Positions 38,729 through 53,802 are shown, numbered from the stretch's first letter. The stretch is DNA of 64,000 nucleotides from Octopus vulgaris (GCA_951406725.2 OX597815.1:131564001-131628000); one strand, 5' to 3'. Notes: a model not told the origin generated them from the letters alone. Translations and numbers: made by a program.

Positions 38729-39377
38729 AAAATTGATTTTTCTTTTCAATTGCAAACTCTCTCCGTCTCTCTCTCACTCTAGATTATAATAGGAAAGGTT
38801 CTCAAGCATTTTTTTGCAACGTCAGTAGTAGTAGTAGTACTAGTGGTGGTCGTGGTGGTGGTGGTGGAGGAGGTGGTCGTGGTGGTAGTTGTGGTAGTGG
38901 TAGTGGTGGTGGTGGTGGTGATATTTGGAGTAGTAGTATTTGGAGGCGGAGGAGGGGGAGGAGGAAGTGGAAGAGAGGGCAGTTTGCGGTAGCAGTAGCA
39001 ACAGTAGCGGCAGTAGCGACAACCACCGGAGAAAGACCGCGAAAACGAGGGAGAAGAAATTAAAATGTATTGCAAGGACTGTAACTAGTCAACCATGTAA
39101 TTAAAGAGACGAAATTTTCCATTATATTCCCGTGTTTTATATCTTATTTGTTATCGCTATTCATTTTTATACATATCTCTATTTTTGAAAATAAGTCATT
39201 TAAGAACCTGTCATTGCTTCTACTTGCAATATTAATTGGCTCTCTGGGCAGATATTGAAAGTGACGGGTTTGATTATTGTTTTATAATAACTTTTGTAAA
39301 ATCTATGTATGATTATATATATGTATATATATTCAGACACACGCACGTGCACACACAAGCACACATGTGTTATAGTG

Positions 39378-39660
39378 AGGATGCATGGTCTAGTGGTTAA
39401 GGTGTTGCACTGGCGATCGCTAGACAGTTGTTTCGATTACTGAACCGGGTGGTGCGTTGTGTTCTTGAGCAAAACACTTCATCTCAAGCTGTCCTGCAAT
39501 CACCTCGACAGCAGACGCGTGGTACACAGTAACCGTATTCAAAAAACGTCGTTTTGACGGACAGAGTGAGCTGATATGTGTCACGCGCATTTAATCACTA
39601 TAAACAAATCCTTTGTGTGGGTCATTCAGTAAAAAGCCTGAACGCTCATACATAGTCTTT
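39378..39660 (+). mobile_element. SINE family C
   Basis: tggtctagtggttaagg...gtttcgatt...cgttgtgttcttgagcaaaacacttc. Confidence 0.65.
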
Positions 39661-39699
39661 GACGGGGCAGTCCATCATATATATACTTATACGTATATA

Positions 39700-39762
<63 letters not shown>

Positions 39763-39767
<5 letters not shown>

Positions 39768-40574
39768 AAATGGGACAATAACGCAAAACATCCAGGCAGT
39801 TAGGTGATACAGACAAAGGGACAACAAAACATCCAGATAGACGATAGAAAGAAAACAAGTACGGGTCATTCGGGACTTTCTTTTCTCTGACGAGTTCCAG
39901 ATTATCTTTGCAATTTCCGCTGGTTATACTCGACATTGCTCCAATCTGGCCAGCCCCAAGGAAAGACTAAGCTAAGAGCATTAGATTCCTCGGAAGAAAG
40001 TTGCGAATGTATACTAAAACAAGGACGGAAAAAAACGGAGAATGTTACACAAATACAAATAACAGGACATACCAACAGGTGTATTTCGACTAATGAAGAA
40101 TTAAATTAAGCTGGCGTGTGTGGAAATAAAGCCTTACGGCAGGGATACAAGATTTCACAGTCGTAGGGAGGAATATAGATGTTGCACGGACGACGGCCGA
40201 ATCAAGAAAGAAAGATCAGGCTTGACCGAACAGCGGTCACATGGGGAAAGAAAAGAAAGAGGTAGAGGCAGAGGGACGGAAGAGTTAAGGAGGGGCGAGA
40301 AAAAATGACAGGGACGCAGTGAAGTGAACAGAGGAGGGAAAGTGAGCAAGAAGAGAAGGCAGGGAAATATGAGAGAGGGGGAACGAACGAGCGAAGAGTG
40401 GAATGAACGATTAAGCGTGAAAGGGCTAATAGAAAGAAAGAATAGAGTCGTACAAGATTTAGATAAATATATACTTACATATGAGACCAAAGTATATGTA
40501 CACCGCTATATATGTATTTATATATAAAAAATACAAAATGGGACAAGAACGCAAAACATCCAGACAGTTAGGTG
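39763..40574. mobile_element. Non-coding element with ~44-bp terminal direct repeat, next to (TA)n
   Basis: atacaaaatgggacaa(t/g)aacgcaaaacatccag(g/a)cagttaggtg at 39763-39806 and 40531-40574. Confidence 0.6.
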
Positions 40575-41069
40575 CTATAAATTAAAAGAGTCAAAAAGGA
40601 AGAGTAAGTATGGTTAGTCAGCTTTTTAATCATTACAAATATTTCCATACATACAGATCCTCGTATATACACGATTTAAAGTTAAGTTTAAATTAAATCA
40701 TGCAACGATTTACCTGTAGAAGAAGATCTATATGTATCTCCTCAGGCGATACTCAGTTGCTATCTCCGTAAGTAAATCTAGATTTCCATGCTACAACATC
40801 CATGGCTTCTTCTTCGAAAGTAACAAACGTTGACGGTTTCAATTCGCTCGGTATGAGAGCGTAATCACGTTCGAGATGAGGTACAATGTGCATGTTGTCT
40901 GTTTATTTATTCCTTTTGACTCTTTTGCTTTTACTTTTTATTTTCACACACGCGGAATACCTAAGACTAGAATTAATAGCACACCATAAGAGTACTACCG
41001 GGTATTTAGGAATTCCAAGAGTGAATGAGCTCTATTTGTACTCTTATACGTTTTTAACAGAACACACCT

Positions 41070-41135
<66 letters not shown>

Positions 41136-42059
41136 TAGAAACTAATGTAAAAACGTTACGGAGGAAATATAAAAAAACACTAATAATGAACTCGAAAAGA
41201 CAAAAAACGAAAGTAATTGCTTATTGTTTCGCTACTGAAAGCTTCGTTTTCATTTACTGTATTGTAAGTGTCAATAGAAAAATAGAAAATAATACTTGTG
41301 AAAGCTGGTACATTGATAACGATTACAAAATATGGCAGAGACGAGAAAAATATTAACTGTAATGGTTCCATTGTGCTCTTAACATGTATCAGATCCTCAG
41401 CTCACCGGAAATTTTGTATCATAATATAGGATCTTCAGTGACACTGAAATATCGATTTCTTAATGTAGGCAGAGTAGATACGAAATGGCTGAGTGAATAT
41501 GATATTGGATAATGTATTTTCCTTTGATGCACGTTGAATGCGTAAGCCATACAGCGTATGACGTGCAATATAAGACTTTTACAAGACAAATAGCGCAAAA
41601 TAACCTCATGAGGTGACGAGGAAACTGCAGGCTATTCTCTATTCTCTAAGAATATGTAACCATTCTACTGCATTCATATTTGTCTGGGGAAAATTGTCTG
41701 GGTGTTTCTGCTTTCTTTTCAAGTAGAACAACAAGCTATAATTAAAAAACGGACAATCTTTACAGGATAGTAGCAGAAATAGTTTGTCTTTTTAATCGTT
41801 AGTCGACAATCGCCCTCCATATAATTGGCGAAAAAGGAAACAACTTATTAGCTAAGGAACCCACCAACACACCAATGGTTGTAGGAACGATTAAGGTAAC
41901 CATGATACTGCTCACCAGAAAAAAGACCTGGAAATGATATTCAAATCTTGCTCGCGGTCGAAATTATTCGACTATTAAGATAACCATGGTTAGAGAAACT
42001 AGCATGTAAGACATCAAGGTTGACGAAATAAATCTAAAAGAATAAAGGTAACAGATAGA

Positions 42060-43180
42060 TATATGACAATCACCTAAGTATTGGCTTTCTGAATATATCT
42101 GGTAAGCTATTTGCGAAAGTGACCTTAAAACGTCTCACCTCCCACTTCGATAACAGTTTCTCAGAAAGTCAACGTCAAGTCAGATCTAACAGAGCCATCT
42201 CTGGTGTGATGTTTACAACTTGGTGGATACAAGGGAAATCTACAGAATAAAATCTTGATGTCTAGTATATCTTCCTGAATATCAATAAAGTTTTCGGTGC
42301 AGTAAGTTGTAGAGGAATTTGGTGAATCTTTGAAAATATTCTTTGAAAAGATTTGAAAAGATTGTAATTTGTAAAAGATCATTCTCTCATTACAGCATTG
42401 TAGGAAGGTGTGCACCACAAGCATTGAAGATACGTTACATGCATTTAAATCATCATGTAATTGAACCATATAGGGCTGGGTCATTGTATCACATCTATTA
42501 GTTATCATCTCTGACATATACCAGAGTATTTTCAGAGTCTATAATAGAGTTGTCCATTAGATCCAAGGGAGAGAATGATGTTTGCAACTTCCAGCACTCA
42601 TAGGCACAGTCGAAGAAGTAATTTCTACGTGTGCATGCGCTCGATCATAAAAGTGATGTTATCTATGAAAGAAGGACTTTGTTAAGAAGAATATTAATAT
42701 GACCAATAAGATCATGCTACAGAAAGGGTAAGAAAACTGCAGTTTGGGATGAGTGCACTATAAACTGTAGTCAAAACAAGGAATACGCATTACAACGAAA
42801 ACCGATGTTTATCGGGGTGTTATCTTTACCATGTTTTTATATGGTAATGGCAACTGTACGTGACACCACCAATATGTGTGAGCTAGACCTAAGGTAATCC
42901 CCAAGACTCTGTCGTAAATGTAGACGTATGGGACCCAGAGAAGATGAATGGATTGCAGATTTCATCCAGATCCAGATCCATTAGGCAAGATGGCTTCCTC
43001 GAAAGGAGGCCTGTTTCACGGCGAGGAAGCCAATGGCTGGTGTTCACTCCTAGGCCGCCAAGGAGATATGAGGATCTCTTGAAATTCAACGTCAAAATAT
43101 ATGACAGTTTTCCTACCAGTGAGAAAGATAGGAACTTTGCCAGTGATTTGAACTCGACTCGTTAACCAGCTCCATGAATG
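42060..43180 (+). pseudogene. Highly decayed RTE-clade LINE ORF
   Basis: GKLFAKVTLKRL, SESQ, FLNINKVFGAVS (FxDxxKAFDxV-like), RPPRRYEDLLK in the expected order. Confidence 0.55.
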
Positions 43181-46100
43181 TCTTGCATTCTGCTCCATGA
43201 ATGTTCAGGGATCAGCCCCTCACGTGTAACGATTATGTTTGTTCAATCTGTCATTGATGATGCCCTTTGTAGTTAGCCATGAATAGCCGTTGTGGTTGTC
43301 ACCACAAGTAAATATATTAATTAGAAATAAAAAGGATATACGTTAGATCACGCCAGGTCAATAGAATGAACAATGAGGTCAACCATGGATTCAATTCTAC
43401 TATTGACGCCTTTTGAATGTCACGTGTAAAAACACTTTATTTATGTAACAGTGCTATATACCATAATTTTCAGAAATGTTTCCTTGCACCAAGGAGGTAA
43501 AGATTTGGCTTACGGCTATTTAGCGTTGAGAAACGAAAGTTAAATGCAAGATCAGTGGAATTCTGGTCTTTAACACTTTTAGAGTATGTTGCATATTATA
43601 AGCATTATTCATGCACCTCTGAGATGTAATTATCATATGTAGAAAGAGGGCTATAAATCAGAACAAAAAGCAGATCTGCATAAAAATTCTATATTTTATG
43701 AGAAATAAAATGGTAAACTGGAACGTCCAAGCCCTTGTAAACGCTCAAGGTGAATAAAAATGAGTTTGGGTAATGTTCAAGATTTGCTTAATTATTAGCG
43801 GCGTTCTTGAAGCGAAGTGATGTGAAATGATGTGAAGCTTCGCCAGAGTAATGCAACCAGTTTGAAGATCCGACAAGTCGACAGATTCATAGCTTTTCTA
43901 TGCTAATACTAGTGAGATTTAAATATTGCGATGTTCAGTGGTATTCCATAGAATGTCAGAAACACACAGTGATATGCTAAAGATTTGTACCATATATTTA
44001 TAATAGAAAGTAACTAAATCGCCAGACGTGATATCTTAAATCTTTTTGTACAACCCTTTCTCCTACATGCTTTAGGTTATTGCATTGTAAATATTCACTA
44101 ACTATATAATTACATACACATAAATATATATCTCTATCAATCTATTTATCAGTAGACATATGCAAATATCAGCAAGTGCGCATGCACATACAATGCATAT
44201 GAAATTTAGCAGATAATCGTGATTTCAGAAAAATAGATTTTGTCGAAATAACGGTTATGTCTTAAATAGTTTATTCCACACCCATCCCGCCATATTTCTC
44301 TTGAGTACTTAATTCTAATTAGCAGGGCATACGTTCTTTCAAATTTGTCACTCCCTCCAATATATATGTATATATATAGGCACTCTTGATATCTACTTAA
44401 TTGGAAGGTTTGTTAGAGCACAGAATATTGCAATATTTACCTTGACAAAATATCTCACACTGCTACCGGAATTACGAGATCACGTGTCCCCCCCCTCCTG
44501 CTAAGGTCTCCTCAGTGACAGCTGCTCAGCAGCGGCATAACCGCCGAATCTCTTATCAACGACACTTAAAATATCAGTGTCTATGCAGGCACTGAAGTTC
44601 GAAATAACCAGCGGGTTTCTGATTTTTTGATACTTCTATTCTTTAATTAACAAGAGAAGAGGTACTAATACCAAAAAGCAATATTGATCTCCAAGTTAAT
44701 ATGGCGTTTGTGCTAGTACATAGAATACTGATTATTTATCCTGACAGGATCTGTCGTAAGGGCACGTGGTGAATAAAAACGCTCGGAATTACAGCCACCG
44801 GAACTGGAAAATCGCGTGGCATCAACCTGCTATGGACATTACATTTTTAGTGGTCAGTCCTTTAAATTTTGTATGCAAAAATATTTTAATCTTCGGATTT
44901 TTTTAATATGCTAGGCCACTGGTTTTAATTGATTAATATCAATTTCTACCCTTATTCAATTTTAAATAATAAAAATGTTCTCTAACCGGTAAATTGACAG
45001 CTGCAGTTTATTAAATGCAGGGTAGATTTCCAATCTCAGCGCGCCAAAGTGAAGGCATTTGAAGGATACACATAAATATAATTTGTTGGGCTCTATGCAT
45101 GCGGGACTTCGGTCAAGCATTTTTGTATCAAGTCCTGGAAATTATATTTGTATAAGACAGACTATGCTGATGAACTTGCAGATTTCCACGTATCCATGTG
45201 CGCAGACATGCTTATGCTAGGTTAAACAAATTAACAAAGACTTTAGACACTTGCACGTACACGTACACACACGCACACATACACACCTACGTAGACACAC
45301 GTGTGCGCACATGCAGACATAGGCGCTCGCGCAGACAGTCACACACGCTCGCGCGCGCAGGAAACTTTGAAGAGGAATTAGTAAAAAACGAAATGAAGGT
45401 AACTAAAATTTACTCTGCCTAAAGATTAAGTGAAATTAATGAGCTTAAATGTGAAATATGAATAACATTCATCATAAGGGGATTTTATACAACCATGGAT
45501 ATCAGACATGGTAAATGGCGAATCGCATATTATCGATGCCTTTAAAGTCTGTTCAGCCGTGATTTGTATTTTTTAATAAACAAATTTTTGTTTATTTATT
45601 CGTGTTTGGGCTGAGGTTTTGTCTTCGCATTTATAAAGTGGGAAGACTAAGAGTTTGGCCAGAAAACATACTGTTTGCAACACAGCTCCACATAACGTAC
45701 ACTTTTAAAGAGCAACAAATGGGAAACTGGTTAAATTTGCATATATATTAAATTTCAAATATATCTTTATATATCCATTGTGCATTACAACTTTATTTCT
45801 TTTATACTGTTACTTGTTGGGATTAGAAACGATTTCTGTTTACTTGTCTCTCTGTTTATCTCTCTCTCTCTCTCTCTCTTTCACTTTAAGTATCTATCTG
45901 TCTACCTATCTATCTGTGTGTTTATAGGTGTGTGCGTACATATATACATAAATACGCGTATATAAAAATGGGACAAATTGAACGTAACACATATTTTCAT
46001 TTTATTTTATTCATTGTTTCGAAACAACATCAATGAAGCAAGAACCTAGAGTTTCATAAGATAGATTTTGTGAAACTCGGTCTGTCAAATTCTCTCTATC

Positions 46101-46694
46101 TTCTCTTACTCCACACACGAACATACACACGAGCACGATCACAAACACACATTTATAGCGACACACAATGAAATTGAGTATGATAAGTTTAATTGAATCA
46201 TATGATAATATATTTTCGAAGCTAATAAATCATTTTCACAAATGATATACTTTAAAAGTTTACATCAACACTGATCGCTATCATAATTAATTTGTCTAGA
46301 TTTGTAATGAGTACCAAATTTGATTTCAACAACTCACTTCTGATACAGGCACAGGCGTAACTAAGTTAGCAGATGAGTATATAAGTGGTACTACTTTAGG
46401 AATACAGAACGAAAAATAGAATCAGGTCAGGAACAAATTTCATATCAAATAATAATAAACATGTTGATAATCGGTGAGAAAACCAGTCAAAATATATCGT
46501 AGAAGTAAATGTCATAAGCTGTGAAGAAGCATACTTTCATATTTTAATACAAAGAAAATTATTCGACAAGAATATAAAAGTATTAACGACAACTCATCTC
46601 ATAAAGATGTGTTTATGTACATATATTTATATGTCTAAATTCGTGTGAGAACACTGTTATCTGTGTGCATAAATGCGTGAACAGACAAATATGC

Positions 46695-46773
<79 letters not shown>

Positions 46774-46780
46774 GTATATA

Positions 46781-46829
<49 letters not shown>

Positions 46830-46870
46830 ATGCATATATATATATATATATATATACATACATACATACA

Positions 46871-46906
<36 letters not shown>

Positions 46907-47230
46907 TATATATGCATACATGTCATATGCATTGATGATTACGTTGGGATATTGTAGTACATCATAAAGAAATGGTAAGCCAGTAACTACTAATGTTTAT
47001 TCCGAAAAACGGGAAGAAAATCAGTAGAGTGTTACATAAAATAGCTTGCATAATTTAGGCTACTCTTTTGAAACGTTCCGGAATTAAACAGTATGTATCC
47101 TTTTGCCATATACATAAAATAATATGCAGCAGTACACATAAGTGAATGTAATATAATGCACATGAAGCAAAGCACTGCAATGTAGATTGAATAATAAAGT
47201 AATATATATTAAGCAATGTAATGTAATATA

Positions 47231-48496
47231 TTAGCTTGTCCGAAAAGTTCGTGCCGATTTATACTAGCTTACCTTTCGACTTATTTTAGAACATGGTTGA
47301 GTCCATAAAATAGGATTTGACTACACCTCCATTTAGAGCATAGTTTAAGCTATCTTTTCGTGGAAGAAGGTTTATGTTCCTATAACCTGTGTTAATTCTG
47401 TAAACCTTTAAAATGGAAGATAAGAAAGTTCATTTTCGGCACTTGATGCTTTTCTTTTTCCATAAAGAGAAAAATGCCTCACAAGCAACCAAAGAATTAT
47501 GCGCAGTTTACGGTGATGTTTCTTTATCCGAAAGAACTGTACGGAAGTGGTTCGCAAGGTCGCGATTGTAGCCTCATTGTAGCCTTATTGATAAAGAACG
47601 ATCAGACAGACCATCCCCTACAGATGATGACCAAATCAAGTCATTAATTGAGTATAACCGACATTGCACAACCCGAGAATGTTCAGAAAGCCTCAACCTA
47701 TCAAAATCCGTCGTTCATGAGCACCTGTTAAAGCTTGGATACACAAATCGCTACGATGTTTGGGTACCATATAAGTGGAATGAGAAGAGCCTTTTTGATT
47801 CGCTTTATAAACGGGATAAAAACGCGCCTTTTTTAAAGCAAATTGTGACATGTGATGAGAAGTGAATTATCTACCGAAATGTTCAGAGAAAGAGATCCTG
47901 GAGTGAGCGATATAGCCACTCTTAGCCACCCAAAAGCGGGTCTTCACCCTAAAAAAGTCTTGCTTTGTGTCCGGTAGGAGTAGAAAGGAATTCTGTACTA
48001 TGAGCTTCTCCCAAGTAACCATACAATTAATTCTGAGAAATACTGCATACAACTGGACGAGTTAAAAGCAGCAATTCAAGAGAAACGTCCAGAATTGGCT
48101 AACAGGAAGGGTGTTGTTTTCCAACATGATAATGCAAGACCGCACGTTTTTTTGGGAACCAGACAAAAGCTGCTGCAGCTCGGCTGAGATGTATTACCCC
48201 ACCCTCCATATTTACCTGATATTGCTCCTTCGGATTTCCACTTATTCAGGTCTCTGCAGAATAGTCTTAATGGTAATAATTTCAATTCCTTGGGTGACGT
48301 AAAAAGATACCTTGATGAATTCTTTGCCATGAAACTACCTCAATTCTGGGAAGAGAGTAGTTTCAAGTCAAAGGGAAAATGGATACACACTGTGCAACAA
48401 AATGGTTCATATTTGTTTGATTAAAATGTATTGGCAAGTATTTATTGGCCTTTTTCTTTCCTTTAAAAGTCGGCACGAACTTTCCGGACAACCCAA
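47231..48496 (+). mobile_element. Full-length mariner (DD34D) transposon, 1266 bp
   Basis: ~30-bp TIRs ttagcttgtccgaaaagttcgtgccgattt / aagtcggcacgaactttccggacaacccaa; TA on both flanks. Confidence 0.93.
47413..48424 (+). pseudogene. Mariner transposase pseudogene
   Basis: MEDKKVHFRHLML.., WVPY, IVTCDEK*, FQHDNARPH, HPPYLPDIAPSDFHLF; stops and frameshifts. Confidence 0.92.
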
Positions 48497-48699
48497 TATA
48501 TTTAGCAATATGGTGTCATACTCATAGCTTAACATAATGTAATATGTATTAAGTAAGGTATTGTAATGAAAATGAAGTAACATGGTAATATATATCAGAT
48601 AACATACTGTAATAACACACTGCATTAAGTAATATAATGCACATGTATTATTATGTAATGCACATAAATAATACGGCGTAATATGCATAATGTAATACT

Positions 48700-48906
48700 C
48701 TATTATCTATTTATTTGTTTCAGTCATTCGACTGCGGCTATGCTTGAACATTGCCTTTAGTCGAACAAATCTAACTCCATGACTTATTCTTTGTAAGTCT
48801 TGTACATATTCCATCGGTTTCTTTTGCCGAACCGCTTTTGTAGTGGGACGTAAACACACCAGCACCAGTTCTCAATCGACGGTGAGGGGACAAACACACA
48901 CACACG

Positions 48907-48973
<67 letters not shown>

Positions 48974-49530
48974 CTCTCTCTATATAAACGGCAGTTTGTC
49001 TGTGCGTTTTCTGTGTGTCTGTTTTCTCGTACCCTCACTCTGACCACGGCTTTCAACCGATTCTGATGAAACTTGACACACACATAGCCCAATGTCATAA
49101 TTCAAAACTAACGCAGCGAAAATTTTGAAAAGTTCCCCCAGTTCTGAAAAAATCGATAAATTCGACATGGGGTCGAGAATCAGAAACCCAAACCACAGAC
49201 CGTCTAGGGGACGCAACTCCACCTTTTTTAACTCTCAAAAAACTTTACCATCATTTTTTTCCATTTTTTTGCTATTTTTTGGCTATAACTCTCTAAAATG
49301 CTTTATAGTTATTTCCCTTACAAACCCGAGCAACGCCGGGCGATACTGCTAGTATATATATATATACGACGGGCTTCTTCCAGTTTCCGTCAACCAAATC
49401 CACTCACAAGGCTTTCGTCGGCGCAGGATTATAGTAGAAGACACTTGCCGAAGGTGCCACGGAGTGTGACTGAACTCGGAGCTATGTGGTTGGTCAGCAA
49501 GCTACTTACCACACAGCCAATCCTGCGCCT
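48700..49530 (-). mobile_element. SINE family A split by a Helitron insertion (tail 48700-48960, head 49366-49530)
   Basis: Both halves match the reverse complement of 36614-37017. Confidence 0.8.
48973..49352 (+). mobile_element. Non-autonomous Helitron
   Basis: 5' A|TC start, subterminal hairpin cccg-agcaacgc-cggg, 3' CTAG|T end, no target duplication. Confidence 0.8.
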
Positions 49531-50080
49531 AGTACAATATATTGTACAATATATTGTTTTCAAATTTTGGAACAAGGCCTGCAATTATATATATACGACG
49601 GGCTTCTTCCAGTTTCCGTCAACCAAATCCACTCACAAGGCTTTCGTCGGCGCAGGATTATAGTATCACGGATCCCGAGAGAGCGAATGGAAAAGTCGAC
49701 CTCAGCACAATTCCTAGTTAGATTATAAAGACAAATGAAATGCCGCTAAGTATTTAACCCGGCGTGCCAACGGTTCTCGCCGCCTTATATGCATAAGGCG
49801 GGTGAAGAGGCCTGTCGCCAGTCTTTACGTTCTGCTTTAAAAAGTGTGCCGACGTCTAACTTATTTTTCAACCGGAGAGTACCAGTTGAGCAAAGCGATC
49901 GGTGTAATCGACTTACCTCCACATGAAATTGCTGGCCTAGTACACAAAATGTAAAGCAATATCTCTATATAGATGTGGTAGCATACTGTAATGTATTCTA
50001 ATATCCATTAAGTATTATTCTGCAACATGCATAATATACCTTAGTATATACATACATACATAAATATACATATACATATA

Positions 50081-50186
<106 letters not shown>

Positions 50187-50298
50187 TATATATATATATA
50201 CATGAATATATATATGCAGACATACACATGGTCACACATACACACATAAAATATATATATATATGTCTATCAATCTCTGTCTATCTATCAATCAATCA

Positions 50299-50423
<125 letters not shown>

Positions 50424-51389
50424 GTTAAGTAATATATTATAATACAGATGATCTAAAATGCAATAATTGAATGATTCGACATTTGCTATTCTGTTTCATC
50501 CCAACTAATATGCTGTATTGTGATACTGGTTCGGTACGTAAACAATACTAAATCTCATTGAATACCTTACAATATTAACTAATCAGGAGGCATAGATGTG
50601 GTTCCTATCTTATTCTGCTGCAGAGACGGCTCTGAGATCTAATCACTATTTAAGCTCGGACAGTAAAGATACGTGTATATTACGTGTTAGCATGCACATT
50701 TATCTGCAAATCATTCACATACACCACTTGAGTTAATACCCAATACTAACGACTGTTGTATCAAGCCAAAACATTGTAGTTTGTACAGTACGCATTTATA
50801 AGTACCACTGTTGTCCAAACTCCACTTAAAATGTAATGGCTAATCCGAGTTTATGGTAAAAAGCAATCTCCCAATTCGTTACAGATTCTGCTCGAACCGG
50901 ACACAACATAAGAAGCATGATTGTTAAGCATAAAACAACGTCAGCGCCTTCGAAGAAGCTTATCATTTTCAGACGTGCCTGTATTTTCCACATCATGCTG
51001 AAATACATCACATGATACACCGCTGCCCCCGACAAATATATCAACAAACGCACATAAAGCATCTTCTCAATGCGTATGAACAGGTTACAGAATGACAGCT
51101 AGATTTTAAAATTTCAAGTGAATCGCTACATTCTCGTGAGACTGATTGGTAATGTTCTCTATCCTTTATCATCGCTACTCTAATACTAATCACGCTTTTG
51201 AATATTTCATGATGTCTTCAAAAGGTATAGATCCTATTTCAGCTCAACTGAAAAGTTTATATTCATTAGATTTGCAAGATTATAGGTTGTTCACCTCAAA
51301 TTTATTAATCCATAATACGGTCCTACGTATATTTCATCTGTAATAATTATATATATATATATATATATACATTTGTTTGTGTGTATGTG

Positions 51390-53028
51390 TTTCCGATACT
51401 ACTTACTATCGACAGACATGCAGAATTGCAATGGGGACCAGAGCTGCTCCAGTCATTGCAAACCTCGTAATGGGTTACCACGAAATTAAGTTATACCAAT
51501 CGTCACTAGAAAAATATAGCGCCTCTTTCAATTGCTACTTAAAGGAGAACTCGAAGAGATATTTAGATGATTGCTTCATACTTTGGCAAGATTGCATGTA
51601 TCAACTCCTTGATTTCAAAAGAATGTTCAACAACATACACAGCAATATACAATTCACTATGGAACACAACAGTAAGCAACTACCTTTTCTAGACATCTTA
51701 ATTAGAATAGGTAACAACCACATAGAAACAGACATCTTTTATAAACCCACAGATTCTAAACAATACCTATTATTTAACTCCTGCCACCCCAACACATAAA
51801 AATCAACATACCCTTTAACCTAGCAAAAAGAATCTGCACCATAGTTTCCGATACATACACTCGTGAACATAGACTCCTTGAACTTAGATCTACACTAACC
51901 AAAAGACACTACCCAATCTCATTAGTAAATGAAGGCATCAAAAGAGCTAAGGGAATAGATATACAAAGATTAAGGAAAACTAGCCGAAATACTAAACAAG
52001 ACTTAAAAATACTCCCGTACATTTCCACACATAACCCCAGAAACAACGAAGCCTTCAACATCATCACCCAAGACCTTCCCATCCTCACAGCAGACAAAAC
52101 AATGAACGAAATTTTAAGCTCATATAAAATTATAAAAAGCAAAAAGCAACCGAAGTCACTGAAAAGAATATTAACCAGCGCTAGACTTTACCACTAACTA
52201 CTGAGCCAAAAGTGACAAAATGTGGACGTTCAACTGTGGAACATGCCCCCACCTTCTGGAGGGTTCAGAGTTCCAATTCAAACAAGGAGAAATATTTAAG
52301 ATCAAATCAAATTTCACCTGCGCCTCAGCAAATGTAATCTATGTCATGATGTGCATAGGATGTGGTAAACTCTATATTGGACAAACAGGAATTTCGCTCC
52401 GTCAAAGAATCACCATTCACAAAGAGCAAATCTATCACCCATAATACAGACAGTTAAAGGTGAGTGAACACATAGAAAGATGTGCCAGAAACCTTAATCC
52501 CAATTTCCAAATATTTCCCTTTTACCAATGCTCACAGAACACCACAATGCAACAAAGGTTGAATAAAGAGGCATATTTCATCAACAAGTTTCTCCCCAAA
52601 CTAAATATGAACACACAACTCAATACAGAACACCACTAACTCTTCAATTTAAACCACTAAACCCTATACACTACCTACATCATTCACATCTCTAATTCCA
52701 GAACTACTTACCTCCCTTACAAATAATCCGGAACTACTTACCTCCCTTACAAATAATCTTTAATCTTTTTTCTTAGGAACTATTAGACCTGACACCGTAT
52801 ATTAACCGGTGTTGTTCAAACGATGAATAGCCTTCGCGAAAACCAATTGGTTCGTTTTGTTCTCTTACTTTATTATTATTTTCATCTTATAAGCATCTCA
52901 TAATAATGACCTTTATGACTCGTATTACTACCTCAGTCAATCTAAATGTTCATATTTGTCACTACCTGTCATAAATAGTCTTTTTCTATCTGCAATATGC
53001 ATTTTCGTTGATTTTTCATATTTTACCC
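51390..53028 (+). mobile_element. 5'-truncated, decayed PLE (RT C-half + GIY-YIG + 3' region)
   Basis: AMGTRAAP, RYLDDCFILW, LPFLD, SCHP, CGTC, VIYVMMCIGCGKLYIGQT, FINKFLPKLN; frameshifts and a stop; ends at (TA)n. Confidence 0.92.
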
Positions 53029-53050
53029 CTATATATATATATATATATAC

Positions 53051-53100
<50 letters not shown>

Positions 53101-53322
53101 CATATATATTTGTAAATATATATGTATATTTAATAATATACTATATATATATATGCATATATGGACATAGGACGTCACAAACAGTAAAACAGTAAACAAC
53201 ATGAAATACGAAAACAAGTGAGTTTAATAGGCGAATAACGAGAGAAGGAAAGTACAAAAAGTTATACAAAAAAATGACCGTTCATCAGTTGTCGGCTGTT
53301 TATCTACTCCCCATTTCAAATA

Positions 53323-53383
<61 letters not shown>

Positions 53384-53384
53384 C

Positions 53385-53672
53385 ATATCCGTGATCACCG
53401 TAACAGACCAGGCTATCAGATGTTGCTACACATCGCTGGACAGAATGAGCTTAGCATTGTTTTTGTCTTCAAATGACGTCACCCCGGGAGAATGCCAACA
53501 GAAGAAAGAGTGAGAGTAAGTTGTGTCGAAAGAGTACAGCAGGGATCGCCACCACTCCTTGGCGGGGGCATCGTTTTCCCTTTAGGTGTTTTCGCTCAAT
53601 AACCACTCACAACGCCCGGTCTTGGAATCGAAACCGCGAGTCCACTGTCCTAACCACTGGGGCATTGCGCTT
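53385..53672 (-). mobile_element. tRNA-derived SINE related to family C
   Basis: Reverse complement tgccccagtggttagg...ggtttcgattccaagaccgggcgttgtgagtggttattgagcgaaaacac. Confidence 0.6.
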
Positions 53673-53717
53673 CCACACACACACATATATATATGTATAT
53701 AAATATATATATATGTG

Positions 53718-53765
<48 letters not shown>

Positions 53766-53802
53766 GTATGTATGTATATATATATGTATGTATATATATA
53801 TG

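Noticed and set aside
38779-39075. Poly-T/P/H ORFs resembling mucin or low-complexity proteins
   Set aside because: Trinucleotide repeat tract open in several frames, with no splice or homology support
40712-40775. Small exon candidate
   Set aside because: Splice-like signals on both strands, weak pyrimidine tract, no recognisable peptide
45160-45185. CTGATGA motif
   Set aside because: No downstream GAAA or stems; reads as DYADEL, possibly an RT-like remnant or chance
49060-49080. ctgatgaaac hammerhead-like string
   Set aside because: No stem II between the core motifs; internal Helitron sequence
53270-53325. Minus-strand GAAA...CTGATGA arrangement
   Set aside because: Could not build consistent stems for any hammerhead topology
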